Positions 19,226 through 29,277 are shown, counted from the stretch's first letter. The stretch is DNA of 60,761 nt from Clostridia bacterium (GCA_024404505.1 JAKSPU010000003.1:1-60761); one strand, 5' to 3'. Program-made: numbers and translations. The notes: a model not told the origin generated them from the letters alone.

Positions 19226-22224
19226 GTGAGCAAAGCATCGTACGCGTAGACCACGCGCATAAGTATTACAACAAGGGACGCAGCAACGAGATCCACGTCA
19301 TGAACGACATAGACCTCTCCCTGCCGTCCTCGGGCATGGTCGCGATCTTCGGACAGAGCGGCTGCGGCAAAACGACGCTGCTCAACGCCATCGGCGGCCT
19401 CGACCGCATCAATTCCGGCAGAATCGAGATCTTCGGAGAGGACCTGTCGAAGGATACCGACACCGTCCGTAATAAGTATATAGGCTTCATCTTCCAGAAC
19501 TACAATCTGAACGTATCCGAGACCGTGCTGGAGAACGTCAGCGACTCGCTGCGTCTCTGCGGCATGACGGACGCTGACGAGATCCGCGAGCGGTCGCTGG
19601 CGGCCCTGAAGAACGTGGATATGGAGAAGTACCGCGACCGCACGCCGGATACGCTCTCCGGAGGCCAGCAGCAGCGGGTCGCCATCGCACGCGCCATCGT
19701 GAAAAGCCCGGCGATCATCCTCGCGGACGAGCCGACCGGAAACCTCGACGAGAACAACACCGTCAAGGTCATGGATATCCTCAAGGAGATCTCCCGCACG
19801 AGACTCGTCATTCTGGTCACGCACGAGGCGAACCTCGTGGATTACTACTGCGATCAGGTCATCGAGATGTCCGACGGACAGATCGTCAACGTGCGCGAGA
19901 ACGACGGTGCGAACGGATATATCCAGCGCAACAAGAACGATATCTGGCTCGGCGAGCTGGAAAAGCGCGAGGAGGACGTCCCCGGACTCAAGGTCACCTG
20001 CTACGGCGATATCCCCGCCGACGAACCCGTCAGGGTCCGCCTGATCTGTGAAAACGGACGTCTGTTCCTGAAATGCGACACGCCCGGCGTCAAGCTGCTG
20101 GACGATTCCAGCGAGATCACGCTGCGGGAGGGCGTATTCCGCGCCGCCCGTGAGGAGACGCCGGAGGAGGTGCGCCACGACGAGGCTCACCTCGATATGT
20201 CGAAGCTGACCCCGTTCGAGGGGACCGTGTTCGGCCGCCTGTTCCATCTGGACAACTCGCTCACGCTCGCGTGGCGTGAGAACTTCTCGAAAAAGAAGAA
20301 GAAAAAGGGCAAGGGCTTCCTGCGCTTCTGTCTCATCGCGCTGTCGTTCGTCATGGTGTTCATGACGGCAGTCTTTTCTGTCGATATCCGCGGATATCAG
20401 GAGGAGATCCGGGACCACAACGAATACGTTTTCTCGGTTCCTGCCGTCGTTGATGACAACGGAGAATTCCTGTACGATTACAACGGTCTGATCCGCGATC
20501 AGGTAGGACAGCACGGCATAGACGGCGTCATGCTCGTATCGTACGGAGCGGAGAACGCAAAGCAGAACATCGCCTTCGATACGGCCGTCTTCATGACGGC
20601 GGAGGCGCCCGCGCTCAAGGCAAGAGCGTACTTCTTCTCGCTGGACTTTGCCGGAGACAAGAAGCTGATCAAGGGGACGCGTCCCACGGATGACCGCAAC
20701 GACGTGCTGATCACGAGCGGACTTGCGGATACGCTGATCGAAAGCTCGCCCGTCAGCTATATCAACGATTACGATGACCTGATCGGGCTTGTCACGAGCA
20801 GCGACGTCTTGCGGAATTACTACGGCATCGCCATCGGCGGCCGCCTGCGCATCGTCGGTATCGTAGAGTCGGAAGAACAGGCCCTGTATATGAACGACCT
20901 CCTGTGGGCCTCCTTCACGATCAACACTTTCTACTACAACACCTTCACAGCGGCGTCTCTGTACGATGGTTATACGGGTGCGATCGCCAAGGGAGAAGCC
21001 GTCGCGGTAGGCGATACCGTCAGCAAGGGCGAAACGGTCCCGATCTTCGGCGAGAGCTTCAAAGTCACGGACGCGATAACGATGTATTATGACGTTTCCC
21101 AGTACGATATGTATTGGAAGGACCGCGCAGGTGAAGCGCTGATGCTTCCCGAGTCGTATGCTCTCAGTAAGGGCATTGACGCCGTCCCCGGCGACAAGGA
21201 TTTCCTTCCTGTCTTTTGGGAGTGGCTGTTCGATTATTATCCCACTTATCTCAAGGATTTCCTGAGCAGCAATGCGTTTGTCGGAAATATGGATCTCTGG
21301 CTTTACGCAAAGAAAGACAGTATCCCTGCTTATCTGAATTTCATTATGAACTACAATTCTTTGCATATAGACCCCATTTTTGCTGCCGGATACGACGAAA
21401 CCTACGAGGACTTCTTCGATCACGCCTATCGTGCATGGATCTTCAGAAATACCGCAGGTGAGTGGCCCGGAGCCGATACGACGCTCGGGAAGGAATTCAT
21501 CATTGAAGATTTCAAGAATGACTATTACCGGTACGAGCAGGAGTTCTGGTCTACTCAGAAATACGATTCAATGGAATACACCATTCTGATCAACGACGAG
21601 GACTATATACGGCTCGCGTCCAGCGTCGGTAAGAGCGACGGCCGTATCTGCGACAGCAACGTATTCTACCCGATTGAGTCGTGGGACGGTGAGACCTACT
21701 ATCGCTCTTATCTGCTGATCCACTCCGACGATCCGGAGGCTGCCGAGGCGTATCTCCGCACGTTCTGCGCGTCTGATCTCATCACGCCCGCGGACACGCT
21801 CAAGGAACAGACCGGTCAGAACATGGGCGAGGTGATCGCTTCCGTCGTATCGATCCTTGTCGTGGCGGCGCTGATGTGTCTCTGCGTGTTCTTCATCATG
21901 CGGGCTTCGTTCATGAGCCGGATCAAGGAGGTCGGCATCCTGCGCGCCATCGGCGTGTCGCGGTCGAATCTCCTGTTCCGCTTCCTGATCGAAACGCTCA
22001 TGCTCACCCTGATGACGGTCGGCATCGGCTACCTGCTCGCGTGGGCGCTGGAATCCTATATGGAGGCCGGCGTGCTGATGTCCAACAGCCTCTACTTCCC
22101 GATCTGGATCGCGCTGCCCATGCTCGTCCTTCTGCTGGCTGTCTGCGTGCTGTTCGGCCTGCTCCCGGCTATGCTCCTCCTGCGGCGGACTCCGAGCGAG
22201 ATCCTGTCCAAGTATGATATCTGA
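19222..22224 (+). CDS. Fused ABC ATPase + FtsX-type permease (MacB-type architecture), protein 2
   Basis: GTG start overlaps the upstream stop by 4 nt. Walker [29 protein letters not shown]. Lys-rich stop-transfer segment, TM1, a very large extracytoplasmic region and a C-terminal FtsX module. Confidence 0.85.
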   Translation: MSEQSIVRVDHAHKYYNKGRSNEIHVMNDIDLSLPSSGMVAIFGQSGCGKTTLLNAIGGLDRINSGRIEIFGEDLSKDTDTVRNKYIGFIFQNYNLNVSETVLENVSDSLRLCGMTDADEIRERSLAALKNVDMEKYRDRTPDTLSGGQQQRVAIARAIVKSPAIILADEPTGNLDENNTVKVMDILKEISRTRLVILVTHEANLVDYYCDQVIEMSDGQIVNVRENDGANGYIQRNKNDIWLGELEKREEDVPGLKVTCYGDIPADEPVRVRLICENGRLFLKCDTPGVKLLDDSSEITLREGVFRAAREETPEEVRHDEAHLDMSKLTPFEGTVFGRLFHLDNSLTLAWRENFSKKKKKKGKGFLRFCLIALSFVMVFMTAVFSVDIRGYQEEIRDHNEYVFSVPAVVDDNGEFLYDYNGLIRDQVGQHGIDGVMLVSYGAENAKQNIAFDTAVFMTAEAPALKARAYFFSLDFAGDKKLIKGTRPTDDRNDVLITSGLADTLIESSPVSYINDYDDLIGLVTSSDVLRNYYGIAIGGRLRIVGIVESEEQALYMNDLLWASFTINTFYYNTFTAASLYDGYTGAIAKGEAVAVGDTVSKGETVPIFGESFKVTDAITMYYDVSQYDMYWKDRAGEALMLPESYALSKGIDAVPGDKDFLPVFWEWLFDYYPTYLKDFLSSNAFVGNMDLWLYAKKDSIPAYLNFIMNYNSLHIDPIFAAGYDETYEDFFDHAYRAWIFRNTAGEWPGADTTLGKEFIIEDFKNDYYRYEQEFWSTQKYDSMEYTILINDEDYIRLASSVGKSDGRICDSNVFYPIESWDGETYYRSYLLIHSDDPEAAEAYLRTFCASDLITPADTLKEQTGQNMGEVIASVVSILVVAALMCLCVFFIMRASFMSRIKEVGILRAIGVSRSNLLFRFLIETLMLTLMTVGIGYLLAWALESYMEAGVLMSNSLYFPIWIALPMLVLLLAVCVLFGLLPAMLLLRRTPSEILSKYDI

Positions 22225-22230
22225 TTTCCC

Positions 22231-22260
22231 AAAGGAGCGGCGCGAGCCGCTCCTTTTTTT
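22231..22260 (+). terminator. Intrinsic terminator after the ABC pair
   Basis: AAAGGAGCGGC-gcga-GCCGCTCCTTT with a T7 run. Confidence 0.9.
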
Positions 22261-22422
22261 CGGAATGAATGAAAAACAGCCGTCTCGTTTTCACGGAAAA
22301 TCAAGCAAATCCCCTATCATTCACATGACGTTCATAATTGTGTGATATAATATATTCATTATGGTATACTGCCCGTAAAAGGGGATGTCCGTATCTGTAC
22401 GGGCGTCAAGGAAAGGACGGAA

Positions 22423-23592
22423 ATGAGTAAAGATAGCAATAAGAATCAGGATAAAGAGGCGTGCTGCCCCATGAAAAAGACCTCGATCGGCGGTCAGGCG
22501 CTGATGGAGGGCATCATGATGCGCGGTCCGCAGACGACGGCTATGGCCGTCCGCAACCCGCAGGGGGAGATCGTGCTCGAGAAGTTCCCGACGAGCTCCG
22601 GAAAGCGTCCGTGGCCGTGGCGCGTCCCCGTGATCCGCGGCATTTTCAACTTCGTCGATACCATGGTCTTCGGCTACAAGTGTCTGATGCGTTCTGCCGA
22701 GATCTCCGGACTTGAGGAGGCGGAAGCGGAGCTTGAAAAGGAAAAGGCCGAAAAGAAGGCCGCAAAGGCCGCCGCGAAGGCAGCAAAACGCGGAATCGAG
22801 GAAGCAGAGCAGCCCGCCCCCGAGCCTGCGCCTGCGGCGCCCGAAGCTGAAGCAGAAACCGTTGATGAACCTGCTCCCGCAGCGGAAGACGCTCCCTCCG
22901 ACGCAGCCGAGGAGAAGAAAAAGGAAGGCACCTCCGGCCTGATGATCGGCATCACCGTGATCAGCATCATTCTCGCGTTCGCCATCATGGTAGGGCTTTT
23001 CATCATCCTGCCCACGTTCCTGTTTGAGACGGCCGCCAAGCATATCTCGTGGCTGGACGCCGACAACCGGTACGCCAAGTCCATCTTCACGGGCATCGTC
23101 AAGATCATCCTGCTCGTCGGGTACATGGCCGCCATCTCGCTGATGAAGGACATCCGCCGCACCTTCCAGTTCCACGGTGCCGAGCATAAGACCATCTTCT
23201 GCTATGAGGCCGGTCTTCCGCTGACCGTGGAGAACATCCGCGGCATGAAGCGCTTCCATCCCCGCTGCGGCACCTCGTTCCTGATCCTCATGGTGCTGGT
23301 CAGCATCCTCGTCGGCTTCTTCATCCCGCCCGTCATCGTGACGGGCAGCACGGCGCTGAACACGCTCGTTTACTCCGGCATCCGCCTCGCGCTGGTGCCG
23401 CTGATCTGCGGTCTCGGCTACGAGCTGATCAAGTTCTGCGGACGTCACGACAACTGGCTGACCCGCGTCATCGCCGCGCCCGGTCTTGCGCTGCAGCACA
23501 TCACCGTATTCGAGCCTGACGACGACATGATCGAGTGTGCCATCGCCGCCATGAACGAGGTCATCCCGCAGGACGGGAGCGACAACTGGTGA
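22423..23592 (+). CDS. DUF1385 family membrane protein with a low-complexity insert
   Basis: KKTSIGGQALMEGIMMRGP and HGAEHK motifs are typical of DUF1385. An extra Ala/Glu/Lys/Pro-rich stretch sits between the N-terminal domain and the TM region. Confidence 0.75.
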   Translation: MSKDSNKNQDKEACCPMKKTSIGGQALMEGIMMRGPQTTAMAVRNPQGEIVLEKFPTSSGKRPWPWRVPVIRGIFNFVDTMVFGYKCLMRSAEISGLEEAEAELEKEKAEKKAAKAAAKAAKRGIEEAEQPAPEPAPAAPEAEAETVDEPAPAAEDAPSDAAEEKKKEGTSGLMIGITVISIILAFAIMVGLFIILPTFLFETAAKHISWLDADNRYAKSIFTGIVKIILLVGYMAAISLMKDIRRTFQFHGAEHKTIFCYEAGLPLTVENIRGMKRFHPRCGTSFLILMVLVSILVGFFIPPVIVTGSTALNTLVYSGIRLALVPLICGLGYELIKFCGRHDNWLTRVIAAPGLALQHITVFEPDDDMIECAIAAMNEVIPQDGSDNW

Positions 23593-23664
23593 ATCCGCGG
23601 CATAAACTGACTCCGGATAACGCATACTGTCAAATATTCATTTTTGGAAAGGATATATACTGCC

Positions 23665-24393
23665 ATGAGCATCAAAGTCATCAGATGTGAGAATTATGCC
23701 GAAATGTCCCGCGCGGCGGCTTCCATCGTCGCAAAGGTCATGATCGAAAAGAAAAACGCCGTCCTCGGTCTTGCCACCGGCTCGACGCCCGTCGGAATGT
23801 ACGGGGAATTGGCTGAAATGAACAGGATCGGTGTACTCGACTTCTCCGACGTCACTACCGTCAATCTTGACGAATACTACCCCATCTCCCCGGACAACGA
23901 TCAGTCCTACCGTTACTTCATGAACGAGAACCTGTTCGATCACGTCAATATCGACAAGTCCCGCACCTACGTGCCGGACGGCACCGCCGCAGACCCGGAC
24001 GATGCCTGCCGCAGATACGAGGAGATCCTCGATTCCGTCGGTCAGGTGGACATCCAGGTCCTCGGCATCGGACAGAACGGGCACATCGGCTTCAACGAGC
24101 CCGCGGAAAGCCTTGAGGTGCTGACGCACGTGACCGGTCTCACGGCTTCCACCATCAAGGCAAACGCGCGCTTCTTCGCCTCCGAGGCGGACGTCCCCAC
24201 CAAGGCGCTGACCATGGGCATGGGCACCATCCTGCGCGCGAAGAAGATCATCATCATGGCAAACGGCGCTGCCAAGCGTGACGCCGTGGCCGTCATGCTG
24301 AAGGGCGGACTGACCACCTCCTGCCCCGCCTCTCTGCTCAATCTCCATCCCGATGTCACGCTGATCTGCGATCCCGCGGCGCTCGGCGAATGA
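23665..24393 (+). CDS. nagB: Glucosamine-6-phosphate deaminase
   Basis: Start at MSIKVIRCENY. Motifs LGLATGSTP and LGIGQNGHIGFNEP. Confidence 0.9.
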   Translation: MSIKVIRCENYAEMSRAAASIVAKVMIEKKNAVLGLATGSTPVGMYGELAEMNRIGVLDFSDVTTVNLDEYYPISPDNDQSYRYFMNENLFDHVNIDKSRTYVPDGTAADPDDACRRYEEILDSVGQVDIQVLGIGQNGHIGFNEPAESLEVLTHVTGLTASTIKANARFFASEADVPTKALTMGMGTILRAKKIIIMANGAAKRDAVAVMLKGGLTTSCPASLLNLHPDVTLICDPAALGE

Positions 24394-24409
24394 CCCGCCG
24401 GCACCGCGT

Positions 24410-24438
24410 GTATAACCCTGTCGGAATACGCGCATACT
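24410..24438 (+). promoter_or_regulatory. Candidate forespore (sigmaF/sigmaG-type) promoter of sigG
   Basis: GTATA (24410-24414), 18-nt spacer, CATACT (24433-24438). This resembles the recalled sigmaF/G consensus GnATA-N17/18-CATAnTA. Confidence 0.45.
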
Positions 24439-24465
24439 CTCCGTACCAACGGAAGGAGAGTATGC
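24432..24465 (+). promoter_or_regulatory. RBS-sequestering stem-loop immediately upstream of sigG
   Basis: Perfect 11-bp inverted repeat: GCATACTCTCC (24432-24442) and GGAGAGTATGC (24455-24465). The right arm contains the GGAGAG Shine-Dalgarno 1 nt before the ATG; the left arm overlaps the candidate -10. Confidence 0.6.
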
Positions 24466-24466
24466 G

Positions 24467-25267
24467 ATGTACCACAACAAGGTTTCCATTTGCGGTGTCA
24501 ACACGTCTCATCTCCGGGTCCTGACAGAAGACGAAAAGAAAGCGCTGCTCCTGACCATCAAAAACGGCAGCCCCGAGGAGCGTGCGCAAGCCAGACAGGA
24601 CATGATCTGCGGCAATCTGAGGCTGGTCCTCTCCATCACCCAGCGCTTCGCCAACCGGCGTGACGCGGGAGGCGTGATGGACGATCTGTTTCAGGTAGGC
24701 TGCATCGGGCTTATCAAGGCTGTGGACAATTTTGATCCGGACCGCGAGGTCATGTTTTCGACCTACGCCGTCCCGATGATACTCGGTGAGGTCAGGCGCT
24801 TCCTGCGCGACAGCTCTGCCGTCAGGATCAGCCGGTCGGTACGCGATCTCGCGTACCGCGCATTGCAGGTAAGGGAGGATATGTCGTCCGAGCTCGGACG
24901 TGACCCGACCATTGACGAGATCGCCGCAAAGCTGGAGATGCCGCGCGAGCAGGTCGTGCAGGCGCTGGACGCCATCGTCGAGCCGATCTCTCTTTACGAG
25001 CCCGTGTACAGCGACAGCGGTGATTCCCTCTACGTGATCGACCAGCTCAGCGATACCTCGCGTGATGCGAGTGATGAATCGTGGCTGGAGAACATCGCCC
25101 TGCGGGAAGCCGTTGCCACGCTCAACAAACGCGAGCAGACCATCATAAAGCTGCGCTTCTTCCGCGACAAGACACAGATGGAGATCGCGTCTGAGATCGG
25201 CATCTCGCAGGCGCAGGTCTCCCGGCTTGAGAAGGCAGCACTCGAAAAGCTGCGGAAACAATTATGA
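24467..25267 (+). CDS. sigG: RNA polymerase sporulation sigma factor SigG
   Basis: N-terminus NKVSICGVNTSHLRVLTEDE, plus GNLRLVLSITQRF and DLFQVGCIGLIKAVDNFD, closely parallel B. subtilis SigG. Confidence 0.85.
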   Translation: MYHNKVSICGVNTSHLRVLTEDEKKALLLTIKNGSPEERAQARQDMICGNLRLVLSITQRFANRRDAGGVMDDLFQVGCIGLIKAVDNFDPDREVMFSTYAVPMILGEVRRFLRDSSAVRISRSVRDLAYRALQVREDMSSELGRDPTIDEIAAKLEMPREQVVQALDAIVEPISLYEPVYSDSGDSLYVIDQLSDTSRDASDESWLENIALREAVATLNKREQTIIKLRFFRDKTQMEIASEIGISQAQVSRLEKAALEKLRKQL

Positions 25268-25270
25268 GAG

Positions 25271-25295
25271 AAACGGCACGATCCGCGTGCCGTTT
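25271..25295 (+). terminator. Probable terminator after sigG
   Basis: AAACGGCACG-atccg-CGTGCCGTTT; the U-run is part of the stem only. Confidence 0.55.
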
Positions 25296-25312
25296 GAAAA
25301 GAAGGGATACGA

Positions 25313-26140
25313 ATGTCAGAAATACTTCTTCCGGCCGCCTTTGAGCGGGACGCCGCCCGTGTCATACGGGAGGCGGGCCGCATCATGCTGGAGGCCGACC
25401 GGGAAGGGAAGGACGGCGAGGGTGCCCTCGGCATACAGGAAAAGGACGACCGGCAGACGCACGTCAACTTCGTGACGCTGTACGACAGCCGCGTTCAGGC
25501 TTTCCTGACCGAGCGCTTTTCCTCCCTCCTGCCCGAAGCCGGTTTCCTCGCGGAGGAGGACGGCGCGTCGACCGGAGATACGCACAAGGGCCTTTGCTTT
25601 GTCATCGACCCGATCGACGGCACCTGCAACTTCATCCACGATTACCGACGATCGGCCATTTCGGTCGGTCTGCTGTCCGACGGTGTGCCGGTCTACGGCG
25701 CGATCCTTGACCCGTACCTCGACGAGCTGTTCACAGCCGTCAAAGGAAAGGGAGCCTGCGTCAACGGGAAGCCCATCCGTGTCAGCGCGCGTCCGCTTGA
25801 CCGCTCCGTCATCAATATCGGTACGTCGCCCTACTACAAGGAGCGCTTCGGTGATTTCACCGTTGAAGCGTTCCGCAGGCTGCTCTTCAACGCCTCAGAC
25901 ATCCGCAGAAGCGGCTCGGCGGCCATCGACTTTGCGTCCGTGGCCTCCGGCCGCATCGACGGCTTCACGGAAGCCCTGCTGTCCCCGTGGGACTACGCGG
26001 CAGGCTCCCTGCTCGTGACCGAAGCGGGCGGCTTGGTCACGCAGCTTGACGGCAGCCCGATCCGCTTTGACACCCCCGTGTCCATACTCGCCGGAAACTC
26101 CGTCAACTACTCCGAACTCAAGCAGCTTCTGGATTTCTGA
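25313..26140 (+). CDS. Inositol monophosphatase family protein
   Basis: Motifs FVIDPIDGTCNF and SPWDYAAG. Confidence 0.85.
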   Translation: MSEILLPAAFERDAARVIREAGRIMLEADREGKDGEGALGIQEKDDRQTHVNFVTLYDSRVQAFLTERFSSLLPEAGFLAEEDGASTGDTHKGLCFVIDPIDGTCNFIHDYRRSAISVGLLSDGVPVYGAILDPYLDELFTAVKGKGACVNGKPIRVSARPLDRSVINIGTSPYYKERFGDFTVEAFRRLLFNASDIRRSGSAAIDFASVASGRIDGFTEALLSPWDYAAGSLLVTEAGGLVTQLDGSPIRFDTPVSILAGNSVNYSELKQLLDF

Positions 26141-26192
26141 ATGACATCTTTATATGAATTTCATTCCGAAGGGAAAGGGAGGATTACATATC

Positions 26193-27824
26193 ATGCCGGA
26201 AAAGCATTTCAAGCTCATCCTGAAGGATGACGGACAGGACGTCTATACCCCGAGGCAGAGTCAGTCGTGGGGATACCGCTACGGGCCGAGCATCATGGTC
26301 CATAACGGCATCTGCGAGGCGTGGTTCGCGTCTCCGGGAGACGGATACGAGGCCGATTGGTTCACCTACCGCCGCAGCGATGACAACGGAAAAACGTGGA
26401 CCGAGGAAAAGGTCGTCATGAGCCCCGTGCCGGACTCTATGGACTGGTTCTCCGTCTGCGATCCCGCCGTCTTCAAGTACGGTAAATATTACTACATAGG
26501 CTATACCTCCACCGTCTTTTCCAATAGCGGCGGCGTGTGCAACAACGGCTTCATCGCCCGCTCCACGTCACCGACAGGCCCCTTTGAACGCTGGACCGAA
26601 ACCGGCTGGGGCGCCGGAAAAGAGGGCTTCCGCTGGCTGGGCAAGCCGGCTCCCGTCATCTATTTCGACGAGGATTGGCGGTATTGGGGCGCGGGTGAGT
26701 TCTCCTTCGTCGTGAAGGACACCACGCTGTTCATGTACTACACGTGGACCTCCAAGGACCGTGACGGCAATCCCATCCACGAGACGCGCGTCTGCACGGC
26801 CGACCTGACCGTCGAGGAATGGCCCCGCACCGTGACCTACCGGGGCGTCGCCGTCAAGCGGCCCGCGTCCGGGAACGATTCCTACGACATGATCTACTGT
26901 GAGGATATCGGCAAGTTCGTGGCGCTTTCGACCGATCGGCGCTTCAGCGAGGAGAGTATGCTGGCCGTATACGAATCCGACGACGGTCTGCGCTACCGCC
27001 GCGTCAACGAGCTGCGCACCCACACGGGCTGGATGCTGCACAACTGCGGCATTTCCGGCGACGAGCTGCACCATATCCGCAAGGGAGACACCATGCTGCT
27101 CGGTTACGCCTACGGCAACAAGTGGGGCTGCTGGGGCACACGTTTCCACGCCTACGACTTTGAGGCGATGGACGAGGACTTTTACTCCGAGGCTGATCTG
27201 CCGAACGTCCACCGCGAGATCGAGAAGTGGCCGGATCCTGTCGAGTTCACCCCGACCGCTCTGTTCCTTGCCGCTCCTCACTACCTCCGGATGCAGGTCG
27301 GCGAAGTGCTCGACGTACCGCTGCACTGCCTGAACGTCACGTACAGCATGAGGCCCGTCACGCAGGGCGTCAAGTATTCGGACTACGACAAGGAGATCGC
27401 CTCCATCCGCTGCGGCCGCATCACCGCCCGCAAGGCCGGCATGACTTATGTCACCGCTTCGTGGAACGGACTGCGCTGTGAATTCCCGGTCTACGTTTCC
27501 GAGGATACTCCCGCCAAGCCGGAGCCGATGCGTCCGTATCCCGAAAAGAAGGTCGTATTCTTCGTACCGCTCATCAAGGAATATAAGGCAAGCCTTGAAA
27601 AGCGAGAGATGAAGCAGCTGCGCGGTCTCGCCACCTACGCGGACGGCTCGTGGTTTGAGCTGGCAGGTAACGTAGACGGCGTGAACTATATCAATCACAG
27701 CCCCGACCTGTTCGATATTGACGAAAAAGGCCACGTCCTTCCGAAGGGCGTTCAGGGCGCGGGGACCGTCACGCTGATCTGCGGCGGTCACGAATTCGAC
27801 GTTTCCGTGGTCATTACGGAATGA
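26193..27824 (+). CDS. Beta-propeller glycosidase-like protein (one Asp-box) with two C-terminal Big_2-like domains; no signal peptide
   Basis: Start at MPEKHFK (GGGAAAGGGAGG RBS). Asp-box RSDDNGKTW. The C-terminal roughly 190 aa resemble two Ig-like group 2 repeats. The N-terminus is hydrophilic. Confidence 0.55.
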   Translation: MPEKHFKLILKDDGQDVYTPRQSQSWGYRYGPSIMVHNGICEAWFASPGDGYEADWFTYRRSDDNGKTWTEEKVVMSPVPDSMDWFSVCDPAVFKYGKYYYIGYTSTVFSNSGGVCNNGFIARSTSPTGPFERWTETGWGAGKEGFRWLGKPAPVIYFDEDWRYWGAGEFSFVVKDTTLFMYYTWTSKDRDGNPIHETRVCTADLTVEEWPRTVTYRGVAVKRPASGNDSYDMIYCEDIGKFVALSTDRRFSEESMLAVYESDDGLRYRRVNELRTHTGWMLHNCGISGDELHHIRKGDTMLLGYAYGNKWGCWGTRFHAYDFEAMDEDFYSEADLPNVHREIEKWPDPVEFTPTALFLAAPHYLRMQVGEVLDVPLHCLNVTYSMRPVTQGVKYSDYDKEIASIRCGRITARKAGMTYVTASWNGLRCEFPVYVSEDTPAKPEPMRPYPEKKVVFFVPLIKEYKASLEKREMKQLRGLATYADGSWFELAGNVDGVNYINHSPDLFDIDEKGHVLPKGVQGAGTVTLICGGHEFDVSVVITE

Positions 27825-27881
27825 TTCGGCGGAAAATCTGTGTCTCCGGATGCGGATTTGCATGATTTTCTCAAAAATCTC

Positions 27882-27910
27882 TTTACAAAACGCCTGTTTT
27901 GTAGTACAAT
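27882..27910 (+). promoter_or_regulatory. SigmaA-type promoter for pyrH-frr
   Basis: TTTACA (27882-27887), 17-nt spacer, TACAAT (27905-27910). Confidence 0.55.
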
Positions 27911-27963
27911 ATCCTTGTATAAGTGTGTCTGCCGTCGTATATGACAAGAAAGGAATGATCAAC

Positions 27964-28683
27964 ATGGAAAAACCTGTTTATAAACGGATCCTCCTCAAGC
28001 TGTCCGGTGAGGCGCTGTCTCCCGAGAAGCGCGAGGACGGAATCCTTGATTTTGCATTCATCGACCGCATCGCGGGTGTCCTGAAGAAGTGCCGCGAGGC
28101 CGGCGTCGAGATCGGCATCATCGTCGGTGCGGGGAACATCTGGCGCGGCAAGACCGGCGCCTCCAAGATGGACCGCTGCCGTGCCGACCATATGGGGATG
28201 CTCGCCACCACGATCAACGCGCTTGCACTGCAGGACGGCTTCCGGCAGAACGGACTTGACACGGTCGTCATGACCGCCGTCGAGATGGACGCCTTCGCCG
28301 ACCGCTACAACGCCCGCACCGCCGACAAGCTGCTCTCCGAGGGCAAGATCGTCATCTTCGGCTGCGGACTCGGCGCCCCCTTCTTCTCGACCGACACCGC
28401 CGCCGTGCTGCGTGCCGCCGAGATCAAGGCAGACGCGATCCTCATGGCCAAGAACATCGACTACCTGTATGACGCCGATCCCGGGAAGCATCCCGACGCC
28501 AAGCCGATCTACGATATCACCTACGCGGATATCATCGAAAGAAATCTGCGTGCGTTCGATATGACCGCCGTCATCTTCTGTCAGGACAACGACATCGAAT
28601 CCTTCGGCTTCGGGCTGGCAGATCCCGAAAACATCTACCGTGTGGTCATGGGACAGCCCGTGGGCACCCGGATGCATAACTGA
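27964..28683 (+). CDS. pyrH: UMP kinase
   Basis: Start at MEKPVYKRILLKLSGEAL; canonical PyrH sequence throughout. Confidence 0.95.
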   Translation: MEKPVYKRILLKLSGEALSPEKREDGILDFAFIDRIAGVLKKCREAGVEIGIIVGAGNIWRGKTGASKMDRCRADHMGMLATTINALALQDGFRQNGLDTVVMTAVEMDAFADRYNARTADKLLSEGKIVIFGCGLGAPFFSTDTAAVLRAAEIKADAILMAKNIDYLYDADPGKHPDAKPIYDITYADIIERNLRAFDMTAVIFCQDNDIESFGFGLADPENIYRVVMGQPVGTRMHN

Positions 28684-28722
28684 AACCTGTAACCAGAAAA
28701 TAAATAAAAAGGAGACTACACG

Positions 28723-29277
28723 ATGAAGTACGATACCAAAGCACTTGAAGCCCAGATGAAGAAGACCGTATCCGCTTACGAGTCCAATCTGGCAACCATC
28801 CGCGCCGGACAGGCCAATGCAGCCGTCCTCAGCCGTGTGACCTTCGAATACTACGGCGCCCCCACCCCGCTCAATACCATGGCAGATATCCGTCTGGCCG
28901 ATGCACGCACGCTGGTCATCCAGCCCTACGACCGCTCCACGCTCAAGGCAATGGAGAAGGCCATCCTCGCCTCCGACGTCGGCATCACGCCGAGCAACGA
29001 CGGTCAGGTGATCCGCCTTATCTTCCCGCAGCTGACCGAGGAGCGCCGTAAGGAGCTGACCAAGCAGGTCGCCAAGCTCGGTGAGGAAGCCAAGGTCGCC
29101 CTCCGGAATCAGCGCCGCACCGCAAACGACGAGTGCAAGAAGATGAAGAAGGACAGCACCATGACCGAGGACGAGGTATCCGACGCCGAGAAGCGGATCC
29201 AGGAAATGACCGACAAGTACATCAAGAACATCGACGCCGTGACCGCGGCCAAGAACAAGGAAGTCATGGCCATCTGA
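28723..29277 (+). CDS. frr: Ribosome recycling factor
   Basis: 184 aa with canonical Frr motifs (IRAGQANAAVL, VIRLIFPQLTEERRKEL). Confidence 0.95.
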   Translation: MKYDTKALEAQMKKTVSAYESNLATIRAGQANAAVLSRVTFEYYGAPTPLNTMADIRLADARTLVIQPYDRSTLKAMEKAILASDVGITPSNDGQVIRLIFPQLTEERRKELTKQVAKLGEEAKVALRNQRRTANDECKKMKKDSTMTEDEVSDAEKRIQEMTDKYIKNIDAVTAAKNKEVMAI

